Notes: generated from the sequence alone by a model not told the origin. DNA of 59,488 bases from Octopus bimaculoides (GCF_001194135.2 NC_068982.1:152876965-152936452), one strand, 5' to 3'; shown: positions 14,233-26,566, counted from the stretch's first letter. Numbers and translations are program-made.

Positions 14233-14428
14233 GGCGAGCTGGCAGAAACGTGAGCACGCCGGACAAACTGCTTAGCGTTATTTCGTCTGTCTTTATGTTC
14301 TGAGTTCAAATAGCTTTTCATCCTTTTGGGTCGATAAATTAAGTACCAGTTGCGTACTGGGTCGATCTAATCGACTGTCCCCTCCCCACCAAAAACATTT
14401 CGGGCCTTCTTCCTTGAGTAGAAAAGAT
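14233..14428 (+). mobile_element. tRNA-derived SINE, family A (Meta/MESC-like central domain)
   Basis: ggcgagctggcagaaacg head, gagttcaaat B-box-like, ttcatccttttgggtcgataaattaagtaccag core; several homologous copies in window. Confidence 0.8.
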
Positions 14429-14641
14429 TTTCTTTCTTCATCATGATAATAGGCCTAACGTTAAAGCAGTGATAATTTTTCTACACATAACAGCAATTTT
14501 ACTTCAATTTAATTTTCAAAATTCCTTTGTATTATTACAACCACATTTCCTTCGAAGTTTCTCTTACTACGAATGCATTACTCGTCACTAATCAATATTT
14601 CCATTCGTAACTCATATCAAAATTGTAATATTCTTATCTAC

Positions 14642-14836
14642 ACAAGGCCCGAAACTTTTAAAGAGGAGGCCAGTCGATCAGATCGACTGCAGTACGCAAC
14701 TGGTGCTTAATTTATCGACCCAAAAAAGATGAAAGACAAAGTCGACCTCGATGAAGTTTGAACTCAGAACGTAAAGACATACGAAATACAGATAAGAGTT
14801 TCGCTCGGCGTACTAACGTGTCTGCCAGCTCGACGA
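14642..14836 (-). mobile_element. SINE family A, inverted relative to 14233-14428
   Basis: Reverse complement aligns to the 14233 copy over head, core and tail. Confidence 0.8.
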
Positions 14837-15188
14837 CTTTCGTAATTGTAATATTACACTACCTGTTTATTTAAAACTTCATACATCAATATGTACAAAT
14901 GTACATAAAAGTGTATAGAAGTCCAAATGAATAGATGTTCTTTCCGGTGATGAACGAACATCTGGAGAAAAAATGAGATGATGGAAACAAAACAAAATTT
15001 TAATGCACATAGACAACAAAATATATACAAATTTTAAATCAGGAAAGTGACCTACGGGACAAAGAAATTCTCTGTGGTTTAAAGAAAACTTCCTGCATTT
15101 CTCCCACAAAGATTATGTGCATGTGTATTATTTAACAGATGTACACACACTGGCATACTCACACACACACACGCACACATACACACAT

Positions 15189-15189
15189 G

Positions 15190-15236
<47 letters not shown>
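15189..15236. repeat. (GATA)n microsatellite
   Basis: Direct reading. Confidence 0.95.
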
Positions 15237-15237
<1 letters not shown>

Positions 15238-15341
15238 CACATAGATATGTGTATATACATATATGCATATATATACATATATATATATATATACACATAC
15301 ATATATTCATTCACAAACACCTGTGTGCGTGTGTACGTATA

Positions 15342-15470
15342 TGAGGCCAACTGGCAGAGTCCTTCGAGAGCCGGAGAGATTGTTTTGTGGTCAACCTTCC
15401 GGCTCTCTTTGTTGTGAGTTCAAGTAACAGTGAAGTCCAGCTTGCCTTTCCTTTTATCGAAACCTATGCA
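15342..15470 (+). mobile_element. Degenerate SINE family A head
   Basis: ggccaactggcagag head, tgagttcaag, cttgcctttcc. Confidence 0.45.
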
Positions 15471-15644
15471 AGGAGTAGATGTCATGTGTGATGTCGACCC
15501 TTCTCTTTTACTCACTCTTTCTGTCTGTTTCTTTTCTCTTTTCCGGAGTCTGATGGGCTCTGCCAGGCCTCTAATCATGAACAACACACTCCGTCATTAC
15601 TCCGAAAAGGTTTTGAGGGCTCTAATAAAGTCATCGCTCACTTT

Positions 15645-15683
15645 CTTTCTTTCTTTCATTCTTTCTTTCTTTCTTTCTTTTTT

Positions 15684-15741
<58 letters not shown>

Positions 15742-15744
15742 TTC

Positions 15745-15804
<60 letters not shown>
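15645..15804. repeat. Compound (TTTC)n-(TCTA)n microsatellite
   Basis: Direct reading. Confidence 0.95.
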
Positions 15805-15829
15805 TGATCGATCTATCTATTCCTGCGGG

Positions 15830-15995
15830 ATGTCTAAAGAAAGAGTTCCTTGCAGTGTTTTTTCAGGTTCTTTAGATTCTGAGTTCAAAAACTGCCAAGG
15901 GCAACTCTGGATTTTATCCCTCCAAGGTAGATGAAAATGTCGAGTACTGATGTCAATGGTATACACCACTAAAAATTGCTGGCCTTGTACCGAAA
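15830..15995 (+). mobile_element. Degenerate SINE family A
   Basis: ttctgagttcaaaactgcc, ttttatccctccaaggtagat, ttgctggccttgtacc tail. Confidence 0.45.
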
Positions 15996-17444
15996 CCGCT
16001 AACATTTATATATCTATTATGCACTACACCAAAAACAATATATACAATTAACCATTAACATATTCTTGGGCAGCCTTTCTGTGTTCCCGTGGCAGAAATA
16101 TAACATTACGTTTAAGTAAGACAAAAGATACCTTTTTGGCATTAGCTTGTACAGCAAAGATAAAACCTTTCTTTCATTAATTAGAAAATATTTTCTAGAT
16201 CATTATTACATGTCATATCTTATATATGGCCAATTACGTTCTAACTCCTAAATATTTTGGCGCTTTTCTGTATTACATTTTGGTTTGATATTGTTGAGAT
16301 AGGTAGCGCTCGTTCTTGATCACATAACACAAAATATACGTGAAATATGACTGTAAAATATATGATATCACACTTGATAAGGCTGTCGAAACGACTGTAG
16401 TATGATGATCTCTGTTTTTTCTGTGTTTCTCTCTCTGCACATAAATGCATANNNNNNNNNNNNNNNNNNNNNNNNNNNNNNNNNNNNNNNNNNNNNNNNN
16501 NNNNNNNNNNNNNNNNNNNNNNNNNNNNNNNNNNNNNNNNNNNNNNNNNNNNNNNNNNNNNNNNNNNNNNNNNNNNNNNNNNNNNNNNNNNNNNNNNNNN
16601 NNNNNNNNNNNNNNNNNNNNNNNNNNNNNNNNNNNNNNNNNNNNNNNNNNNNNNNNNNNNNNNNNNNNNNNNNNNNNNNNNNNNNNNNNNNNNNNNNNNN
16701 NNNNNNNNNNNNNNNNNNNNNNNNNNNNNNNNNNNNNNNNNNNNNNNNNNNNNNNNNNNNNNNNNNNNNNNNNNNNNNNNNNNNNNNNNNNNNNNNNNNN
16801 NNNNNNNNNNNNNNNNNNNNNNNNNNNNNNNNNNNNNNNNNNNNNNNNNNNNNNNNNNNNNNNNNNNNNNNNNNNNNNNNNNNNNNNNNNNNNNNNNNNN
16901 NNNNNNNNNNNNNNNNNNNNNNNNNNNNNNNNNNNNNNNNNNNNNNNNNNNNNNNNNNNNNNNNNNNNNNNNNNNNNNNNNNNNNNNNNNNNNNNNNNNN
17001 NNNNNNNNNNNNNNNNNNNNNNNNNNNNNNNNNNNNNNNNNNNNNNNNNNNNNNNNNNNNNNNNNNNNNNNNNNNNNNNNNNNNNNNNNNNNNNNNNNNN
17101 NNNNNNNNNNNNNNNNNNNNNNNNNNNNNNNNNNNNNNNNNNNNNNNNNNNNNNNNNNNNNNNNNNNNNNNNNNNNNNNNNNNNNNNNNNNNNNNNNNNN
17201 NNNNNNNNNNNNNNNNNNNNNNNNNNNNNNNNNNNNNNNNNNNNNNNNNNNNNNNNNNNNNNNNNNNNNNNNNNNNNNNNNNNNNNNNNNNNNNNNNNNN
17301 NNNNNNNNNNNNNNNNNNNNNNNNNNNNNNNNNNNNNNNNNNNNNNNNNNNNNNNNNNNNNNNNNNNNNNNNNNNNNNNNNNNNNNNNNNNNNNNNNNNN
17401 NNATATATATATATATACTTGTATATACATATTGTTATACATAC

Positions 17445-17479
<35 letters not shown>

Positions 17480-19565
17480 TATACATATATACGTATACAT
17501 ATGCACACATATATGTACATGCATATATATATATATGTATATGCCTGTACATACACACGTGCGTTCGAATATATATACATATATTTGCGCGCGTGTGAGT
17601 ATGTAACAGTACGTAGAGCTTCTTTCAAACCGTTTTCTTATATCTGTTTTTATTATTCTAATTCCTAAATCAAGTATATAGAAAGAAATATTTCGACACT
17701 GCGTGTGTTGACGCTCTCTGATGTTTATATGTATACATATACTAATACACACAAAAACGCATTCTTGTGAGCACTCAGTTACATACATCCATGAAGATAC
17801 AAAATCGTACAGATATTTAAATACCTCTCCTCACGCACACACAAACATAAAGATTTGAATATTTCTGGAAATCCTTGATATAACCTCCGGGTCGATCATA
17901 ACTGCTTCAATTATGATCTTGTATATAAACAAAACCATATTAATCAACCAAATCAGCTTTCCTGTGATTATGTTTTTACCTATAACTATAACTGTGTTTA
18001 TGCGGAATTTACTATTTTTGTCATAAATCATGACCACTGAAGCGACTAACATGAAATGAGTTCTCTTAGAAACATCCCTGTACACAAGCCTTTAACATTA
18101 ACGATCGGCATTGTTCAGCAGTGTATGAAGAAAATATTTCCTGTAGGTTGAAACTTCCAAAAATATGTGATCATGAACAAGAATATTCCCTCATTCAACC
18201 ATATCCTTATGGAATTTTTTTCAGTTTGACAAAAACATCTTTGTCATATGTGTAACATAAATATGAAGGCAAAGAAAAAGAAACAGATTTTTCATGGTTT
18301 TCCTGTGAGAACTACAGTTCATTGTATGCTTATCTCGAATTCGAAAGTAGAATAACATGGAAACAGCCATAATGTTCTCTCCAGTTGTAGCCAAACAATT
18401 AATTTTTAGTTTATTATAGAAACACTGCCTACTTTGGTAGTTCACATATTATTGAATATTGAATTTTCATTAAAAATTTTCGGGTAAACTGAATGATGTT
18501 GAAGTAATAGTTGCTTGGGGCTTTATTTAAAAACATTAACATATAAGGCCCTTTGACTCTGCACTAAGTACATTTTCGAAACTTAGTATTTTTGGAAACA
18601 TCATTAAATGATAGCTGATAAATGTACAAGCCCTTTCTAAATCTCAAGTACGTGGCAATTTCAATATTGCTCATATGTAATGATTAGTGCTATTACTCAG
18701 GCGACAGCAACAAATAACTTGGGTAAAAAAAGTAGAACATAATTCAGTTGATTATCAATGATTCACTGTAACCATTAGCTTACATAGTGTTGTGTTTTCT
18801 CTCACGTTTTTTTATCATATTACAACGAACTCTCAACGAGCTAACCCATTCAATTCTAATACATACAATATACTCCTGCATCTTATATAAGTTACCTTTA
18901 TCTCACCATCCCACAAGACAGATCCTAAAATTTCCTTTCTCTCTAGAAATGCATTGTCCCAAGATTTTCTCAGACCTCGATCAACAAATGTTCAATCTGA
19001 ACATCAACCCCAGCTTGGTAAAGACAGGCATTCTCATTCTATGAACCTTTCTTCATTCAGTGTCTTGCAAAGACAAAATAATTTGTTTTTGATTATGAAA
19101 CAAAATCTCGAAATTGTTTTGGTCTCCCTCACTTCTGGGTATGTAAACTAGCTAATAATGATATATTGCTGTTTAGCCCAAAGTCAACAATGACAGGAAA
19201 GACATATGATCAATGGTTTTCTTTCCAACATCATGTTTTTTTCTGTCAGGAAAAGTGGGCTGAAATGTGTACTTTTCTATGATGGTAGGGTTCGCATTTA
19301 TCTGGGTTCTCAACGTCATACAAAAAACAACACATTGTTCAGAGATTTTATTTGCTATCTATTGCAGATTTAACTACCACGTGGAAGGTCCTCTCGTTAT
19401 CTTTTATGATAGTACAGCCCAACATAGACTGCTGGAAGAAGTAAATGGCTTACAAAGTAAGGTCAATAAAATAGCTACACCCTCCGATCATTCACAGACT
19501 AGCTGTGTGCCTAGTGAAGCGAACACAATGTATTGTTTTTTTCAATAATATCTAAGACATATATT

Positions 19566-19716
19566 CGACGGGCTTCTTTCAGTTTCCGTCAACCAAATCC
19601 ACCCACAAAGCTTTGGTCGGCTGGAGACTATAGAAGAATACGCTTAACCAAGGTGCATCGCAGTGGGAACTGTACTGTGTGGTTGGTAATCAAATTTCTT
19701 ACCACACAGCCACTCC
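19566..19716 (-). mobile_element. tRNA-derived SINE, family B, head only
   Basis: Reverse complement ggagtggctgtgtggtaag ... ccgaccaaagctttgtgggtggatttggttgacggaaactgaaagaagcccgtcg matches copies at 56378 and 57884. Confidence 0.8.
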
Positions 19717-19984
19717 TTCTCCTATATATGGTCAACAGGCGAGATCCAGATGCTCAGTGTAGAAAAACGTGCAGTACTGCTCAAATGATTTGAGCCTACA
19801 CCTCGAAGTCTTTACCGAGGACTATGTCCGCGGGGTAAAGAGTGGCTATAAGAGAAATCCATGTTCACTGATATGGAGATACTGATGGAAATAAACGTGT
19901 TTGGCTCGACATATAAAATATACATACATATACGTAGATGCTTTTTTCATTGCAGTCAAATATTTGTCTGTGCATGAATTTACT

Positions 19985-20140
19985 CCCGTCATCATATGAA
20001 CATCACTTTTGTAGGTGCACGCTATGCTACACATCGGGTGTCCAAGAAATTGCAGAGTAATGTGAAGGAAAGTGTTTTGCTCAAAGACATAACGCACCAA
20101 ATGGTTCAGGAATCAAAACCATAATCTTGTGATCATGAGT
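19985..20140 (-). mobile_element. SINE family C (CORE-like segment)
   Basis: Reverse complement gcgttatgtctttgagcaaaacactttcc; related to 52280-52575. Confidence 0.5.
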
Positions 20141-20384
20141 ACAACATTATCTACTTGGACACAAGCCTTCACACACACACACTTGTATATGTATACGTGT
20201 GTGGTGTGTGGGATTTTATATACATACATGCAGACATACTTAAATACATACATACATATTTTGATGTATTTGTTCTATAAATTTCCTGGTGTGAAATCAT
20301 GTGATATTTTTTTATATTTGGGGATGGTCATCTTTTGCCAATTAAATACACGCACTATCTATTTGATCTTTAATTTTATAGGTG

Positions 20385-20490
20385 CACGGCTTGAAATTGA
20401 GGGGAAAGAGTTAGTCGATTACATCGACCCCAGTGCGTAACTGGTACTTAGTTTATCGATCCTGAAAGGATGAAAGGCAAAGTGGCCGAT
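20385..20490 (-). mobile_element. 5'-truncated SINE family A
   Basis: gtcgattacatcgaccccagtgcgtaactggtacttagtttatcgatcctgaaaggatgaaaggcaaag. Confidence 0.8.
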
Positions 20491-20499
20491 GTCCACTTT

Positions 20500-20737
20500 G
20501 TCTTTCATCAGACTACAGCAACAGCGCATATGTTGATGGCAGTCACAAGGTTCCTTGAGTTGAATTTTGAATTCAAGAGAAGTTTGAGGCGCTTGAAATA
20601 TGAAGCGGTGACTTTGTCTTTCATTTCTCTGTGCAAGATATTGTCCAGCTCCAGTATTCCGAGGTACTTGTACCCATCATCATCCGGATCTTCTATTGTT
20701 TCTACGTTTGGTAACTCTATGCCCCTACAATCTGTAT
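20500..20737 (-). mobile_element. R4/Dong-type RT fragment
   Basis: Open minus frame DCRGIELPNVETIEDPDDDGYKYLGILELDNILHREMKDKVTASYFKRLKLLLNSKFNSRNLVTAINICAVAVV (YKYLG and AIN motifs). Confidence 0.8.
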
Positions 20738-20740
20738 GAT

Positions 20741-20830
20741 TATAATTATTATTATTATTTTATGTTTGAATTTTGTTTTGCATTTGTACAAGTTGGATCC
20801 AAGTCTCACCCAGAGACCTCAAGAGACAAC
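20741..20830 (-). mobile_element. Probable LINE 3' end with (TAA)n tail
   Basis: Minus strand ...ggatccaacttgtacaaatgcaaaacaaaattcaaacataaaataataataat; family assignment from recall only. Confidence 0.35.
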
Positions 20831-21107
20831 AAGTTAGAAGTTCATGTAGATGATTCTTGGTTTCTTTACCACCTTTGATCTATGCATTAACTACCCTTTA
20901 TCATTTTGCAAGTGTTGTTATTTTTGTTTCCGTTAGCGAGCAAAATATTTGTTAAGATGTTTCAAATAGTTTCTTTTTCTATTAAGTGTTCATTAAATTT
21001 TCATTTACTACTTTCTTTTTCATATATATGCACATACGTTATGTTGTATAGTTTTATTTTTGTCTCTTTTTAAACCTCCATTGGCGCGTTTGTATTAAAT
21101 AACAATT

Positions 21108-21243
21108 GCCACGGTTTCTGGTACAAGGTCGGCAATTTTTAAGGAAGGGTCTAAGTCGATAAAGTCGACCATGATATTTGGTTTAGATTTTATTTTATCA
21201 GCCTCGAAAGGATGAAAAGTAACGTTGGTATCGACGAGATTTG
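21108..21243 (-). mobile_element. Degenerate SINE family A, runs into gap
   Basis: tacaaggtcggcaattt tail, ttttatcagcctcgaaaggatgaaa core. Confidence 0.6.
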
Positions 21244-21382
21244 NNNNNNNNNNNNNNNNNNNNNNNNNNNNNNNNNNNNNNNNNNNNNNNNNNNNNNNNN
21301 NNNNNNNNNNNNNNNNNNNNNNNNNNNNNNNNNNNNNNNNNNNNNNNNNNNNNNNNNNNNNNNNNNNNNNNNNNNNNNNNNN

Positions 21383-21720
21383 CTTTCAGTATGATGTCTG
21401 GCCTATTTGCGTTTATCTTTCTGTCAGTTTGAATGGTGAAGTTCCAGAGGAGTGCAATGTGATCATTTTCAAGTACTGGGGGTGGTTTGTGTTCCCACCA
21501 GTTTTTATCATGGGGCAAGTCCAGGTTTTTGTATATATTGTGCAGCTCTATCATGCCTGTTGAGATACTCTGTAGGCGCAAGCAGACTGCACATGGAGAC
21601 AACATGATCGATGGTCTCATTTTGTTGTTGGCATATACGACATAATGGGGAGCTGCCGTTCTTTAATATGTTGGCCTGGTAGTTCTTTGTAGGTAGGCAT
21701 TGATCTTGTGGGAAAAGACA
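21383..21720 (-). mobile_element. R4/Dong-type fragment, CCHC knuckle plus REL endonuclease
   Basis: QDQCLPTKNYQ, CRICQQQNETIDHVVSMC, RHDRAAQYI, WWEHKP, LLWNFTIQTDRKINANRPDIILK. Confidence 0.9.
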
Positions 21721-23775
21721 AAGGTGTTGCTGATCGTATTTGCTACTTGTTGCTAATTGTTTCTTATACATTATGTATGTGGATATGTAAAACCAATAAG
21801 CATAAAGCGTCTATGACCGTATCTAGATAGTGTATGTATATATATATATATATATATATNNNNNNNNNNNNNNNNNNNNNNNNNNNNNNNNNNNNNNNNN
21901 NNNNNNNNNNNNNNNNNNNNNNNNNNNNNNNNNNNNNNNNNNNNNNNNNNNNNNNNNNNNNNNNNNNNNNNNNNNNNNNNNNNNNNNNNNNNNNNNNNNN
22001 NNNNNNNNNNNNNNNNNNNNNNNNNNNNNNNNNNNNNNNNNNNNNNNNNNNNNNNNNNNNNNNNNNNNNNNNNNNNNNNNNNNNNNNNNNNNNNNNNNNN
22101 NNNNNNNNNNNNNNNNNNNNNNNNNNNNNNNNNNNNNNNNNNNNNNNNNNNNNNNNNNNNNNNNNNNNNNNNNNNNNNNNNNNNNNNNNNNNNNNNNNNN
22201 NNNNNNNNNNNNNNNNNNNNNNNNNNNNNNNNNNNNNNNNNNNNNNNNNNNNNNNNNNNNNNNNNNNNNNNNNNNNNNNNNNNNNNNNNNNNNNNNNNNN
22301 NNNNNNNNNNNNNNNNNNNNNNNNNNNNNNNNNNNNNNNNNNNNNNNNNNNNNNNNNNNNNNNNNNNNNNNNNNNNNNNNNNNNNNNNNNNNNNNNNNNN
22401 NNNNNNNNNNNNNNNNNNNNNNNNNNNNNNNNNNNNNNTGTGTGTGTATGTGTGTGTGTGTGTGTGTGCGTGTGTGTTTTGTGTGTGTGTGTTTGTTTGT
22501 GCATGCGTGTGCTTGTGTATGCATATGTATATACTTTTGATAAAGATCTAAATATTCTGTGACCATATATGACGTCAATATGAATTTTATAGAAAAATGC
22601 TTGAAGAAACTATTTTCGTGTCAAGTCACCGGCGGAAATTCAACTTCTATTGCTAAATAACTGGACTATATGACATTATAAATTCTTTGTCGGAGATGTA
22701 TATCTTGTAGCAAAATAACTGAAGAATGTATGATCGTATTTAATTACTAGCAGAGATATGTTTCACATACTGAAGAAAACTGAAGATTTTATGACCCTAT
22801 CTAATATCTGTATATATCCCATTGACAAAAGTATAAATAAAATAAAATAGACTATAGCCACATTTCGCCAATGTCAGAGCTATGTCTTTTAGAGTTATAA
22901 CAACTTAACACTTTCAGCTTCACAGCTTCACAACTTCACATGTCTTCAAGCAACACAGTAATTATAGTCAAGTATACACACATACACATATGTGTGTGTG
23001 GGTGTATGTTTGTGTGTGTATGCGTGTGTGCATGCGTTCGCATGCGTGTGCGCGTGTAGAAGGAAGAGAAACCAATATGCTACAAAATATATAGCTAGAA
23101 ATTGACATGGAATCCTGACGTTCATACTAATGAAATTGAATCTTTTGAACTGAAGAGCTTTTATCTATCAATCATTATCCTTCCCTCTTTCACTCTCTCC
23201 TCCCACATTTCAACTTACCTTTCATTTTTCTATGTCTTCTCACTTTTTTCAATATTTTAGTTGCTTTTCCCGTCTTTTCATCTTTCTCTGTATAGTATAT
23301 GAAAACTCTTCAGTATATCGCCAGATACTGCTCTTGCATACTTTCATGAACATTCTTCCTGTGATTTACTTTCTATCTCACCTGCCTACAATCTCTGTCT
23401 GTTTGTTTATCTGTATGTATGTGTGAGAGAGACTGAATGAGTATGTATACATATGCATGTATACAGGCACATACATGTTTGTACATATATACACACACGC
23501 ACATTTACACTTATATTTTCTTATTTTAATTTTACTTCTTTTATCCAAAGGTTTGGCCATGCTGGGGTACAAGCATTGGCGTGATTGCCAGTTTAATATA
23601 TACCACTTTTGCAGCTCTCCAACATGTAAGTTTAGGACGAATCAGTGAGATCGACAACACCGTCCTTATTTCTGTTTCTTGATATGATGGAGGCTCATCT
23701 TGTATTTCAGATAAAACTTTGCTTATGTATGTATGTATGCATGTATGTATGTATGTATGTATGTATGTATGTATG

Positions 23776-23810
<35 letters not shown>

Positions 23811-23824
23811 TTGCCTTACAGTTC

Positions 23825-23987
23825 TATATTTAAAAGATGAGGAATTATGTACATTATTTACATTATTTACACTTGATGGATATTTGTCCTCATCTTGTTT
23901 GTTATTAACACAACTTTTCGGCTGATATACCCTCCAGCCTTCATCAGGTGTCTTGGAGAAATTTTGCATTTGGGTTCTCATTCCTAA
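23825..23987 (-). mobile_element. Short PLE-associated repeat carrying a hammerhead motif
   Basis: Minus strand ccaagacacctgatgaaggctggagggtatatcagccgaaaagttgtgttaataacaaacaagatgaggac. Confidence 0.65.
23907..23952 (-). ncRNA. Minimal type I hammerhead motif with mutated stem III palindrome
   Basis: GACAC CUGAUGA a GGCUG-loop-CAGCC GAAA aGUU GUGUU; stem I 5 bp, stem II 5 bp; AAAGUU where AACGUU is expected. Confidence 0.6.
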
Positions 23988-24936
23988 NNNNNNNNNNNNN
24001 NNNNNNNNNNNNNNNNNNNNNNNNNNNNNNNNNNNNNNNNNNNNNNNNNNNNNNNNNNNNNNNNNNNNNNNNNNNNNNNNNNNNNNNNNNNNNNNNNNNN
24101 NNNNNNNNNNNNNNNNNNNNNNNNNNNNNNNNNNNNNNNNNNNNNNNNNNNNNNNNNNNNNNNNNNNNNNNNNNNNNNNNNNNNNNNNNNNNNNNNNNNN
24201 NNNNNNNNNNNNNNNNNNNNNNNNNNNNNNNNNNNNNNNNNNNNNNNNNNNNNNNNNNNNNNNNNNNNNNNNNNNNNNNNNNNNNNNNNNNNNNNNNNNN
24301 NNNNNNNNNNNNNNNNNNNNNNNNNNNNNNNNNNNNNNNNNNNNNNNNNNNNNNNNNNNNNNNNNNNNNNNNNNNNNNNNNNNNNNNNNNNNNNNNNNNN
24401 NNNNNNNNNNNNNNNNNNNNNNNNNNNNNNNNNNNNNNNNNNNNNNNNNNNNNNNNNNNNNNNNNNNNNNNNNNNNNNNNNNNNNNNNNNNNNNNNNNNN
24501 NNNNNNNNNNNNNNNNNNNNNNNNNNNNNNNNNNNNNNNNNNNNNNNNNNNNNNNNNNNNNNNNNNNNNNNNNNNNNNNNNNNNNNNNNNNNNNNNNNNN
24601 NNNNNNNNNNNNNNNNNNNNNNNNNNNNNNNNNNNNNNNNNNNNNNNNNNNNNNNNNNNNNNNNNNNNNNNNNNNNNNNNNNNNNNNNNNNNNNNNNNNN
24701 NNNNNNNNNNNNNNNNNNNNNNNNNNNNNNNNNNNNNNNNNNNNNNNNNNNNNNNNNNNNNNNNNNNNNNNNNNNNNNNNNNNNNNNNNNNNNNNNNNNN
24801 NNNNNNNNNNNNNNNNNNNNNNNNNNNNNNNNNNNNNNNNNNNNNNNNNNNNNNNNNNNNNNNNNNNNNNNNNNNNNNNNNNNNNNNNNNNNNNNNNNNN
24901 NNNNNNNNNNNNNNNNNNNNNNNNNNNNNNNNNNNA

Positions 24937-25052
24937 GAAGAAGAAGAAGAAGAAGAAGAAGAAGAAGAAGAAGAAGAAGAAGAAGAAGAAGAAGAAGAAG
25001 AAGAAGAAGAAGAAGAAGAAGAAGAAGAAGAAGAAGAAGAAGAAGAAGAAGA
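24937..25052. repeat. (GAA)n trinucleotide microsatellite
   Basis: Direct reading; source of poly-E/K/S/F ORFs. Confidence 0.97.
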
Positions 25053-25739
25053 ATTCAATCACTACTACCATCCACAACAACTGACTTTCAGGGCACTTGA
25101 CCATTTAACATCCTACAACTATCATGGCACTCCCGCATTCTTCTCCTCCTCCTCTTTTACAGTTGAAAAGTCTCAGTGACTGAAACCGGTACTGAAATGT
25201 TTTTTATAAAATTATTTTAGCTTTTTCTACGTTGACCTTTTTTCCACACATATATATATATAAATATATAAGCAAACACAGGCGAACGCGCGCACACACA
25301 TATATATATATAGTTAACAGATGAGATGCAGAGTATTATCACGTAGTAGCGCTCAAATGATCCAAAATTAGACTCCTATGTCTTCACAAGGGATCTATAT
25401 CTCGGGGTTAAGAGTTGCTGTTACAGGGCTAAAGTTTGAGCGAAAATGGAAGCAATTATGCGGATAAACAAATGAAATATATGAAATATCACAGCTTGGG
25501 TATGAAATACAAAATATGTATTTATTCAAAACTAGAAAAAGCAAAGAGTGGAAACTTTCAGGCGACGAATATTTCAATATAAATATATAGATATTTATAT
25601 TAATAGATCCAATTTAGACAGAATACAAACGACAGAGAAAATCAAAAGGGAGGAAGTAAGATGTTATAAATCCAACAGCTTTTTTAGGTGGTTCGAAGGT
25701 CCATTATGATGTTGGTAGGTGTAGTACCATACAATATAC

Positions 25740-25795
25740 AAGCTGTAATGGAAGCAATCAACATTGAATAGATCAAGGTTCCGTCATCAGGGTAG
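25740..25795 (-). ncRNA. Degenerate hammerhead-like motif in PLE 3' region
   Basis: CTGATGA c ggaa...ttcc a ttac agct tgta; same layout as 32489 motif but GAAAC reads TTAC. Confidence 0.35.
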
Positions 25796-26566
25796 TAAAG
25801 GTCATACATTTCAGATCATAGTGCAGAGAAATTCAAAGGTGGAATGATTAAATGTGGAGAGCAGTCAGCATCATAGGGAGGAAGTACGAGAGTCAGTGGG
25901 GTAATGGGGACAGTGAATGGTGAGAGGACATTAGAAAGCTAGATCAAGAAGAGAGAGGGGGATTAATAACGAGGGTATTAAGAGAGGTGGTAGTAGATGG
26001 AAGAGTTAGGTGATGAGTGGGAGATATAGGATAAATAGTAATGGAAGGATAGTCAGTTGTTGTTGGATTTGTGTGTAGGTGTCAAACTTTACGGATAATA
26101 ACCACTGGAAGTTGAGAAAAGTGCGAAAAGAGGTGGTAATTATTTGAGGGAAGGAAAGTGTCTAATTCAGCGACGGATAGAGGGGTGAATCAGTTGTCAA
26201 GGTAGCAGTGGTTAGTACTATAATGAAGGAGGAGTACTGAGGTATGCAGAGGTGTATGAAATTGAATGAAGAGAGGTGAATAGGGAGGGAGAGGTTGATA
26301 GGTTAATAGCTAATTGAGTGGAGTATTTGTAAATGGCTGAAGAGGGAAACTGAGAAAATGGGGAAAGAATACAACTTGTGAGAATTGGGAGGCAATGAGG
26401 GAGGTGGAATGTGGTAGGTTAGAGGAATTTGTAAAGTTAATCATGAAAAGGAATAATTTAGTATAAAGGGTGATATTAGTGGGGGGATAAGTTGCTAGGC
26501 CGACCTAGTTGTACTCGGAGTTTAATTATAATTAAGGATAACCATAGTTAAGGAATTACAAAGATT

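Noticed and set aside
17830-18400. Peptide fragments such as YGFVYIQD (ABCA-like) and a Cys/Tyr-rich plus frame
   Set aside because: Need frameshifts, have many stops and no second supporting motif
18947-19455. Three plus-strand segments with AG/GT borders
   Set aside because: Phases do not join into a sustained ORF and no homology recognised
23799-25179. 378-419 aa poly-S/F/K/E ORFs
   Set aside because: (GAA)n plus a gap of about 950 N
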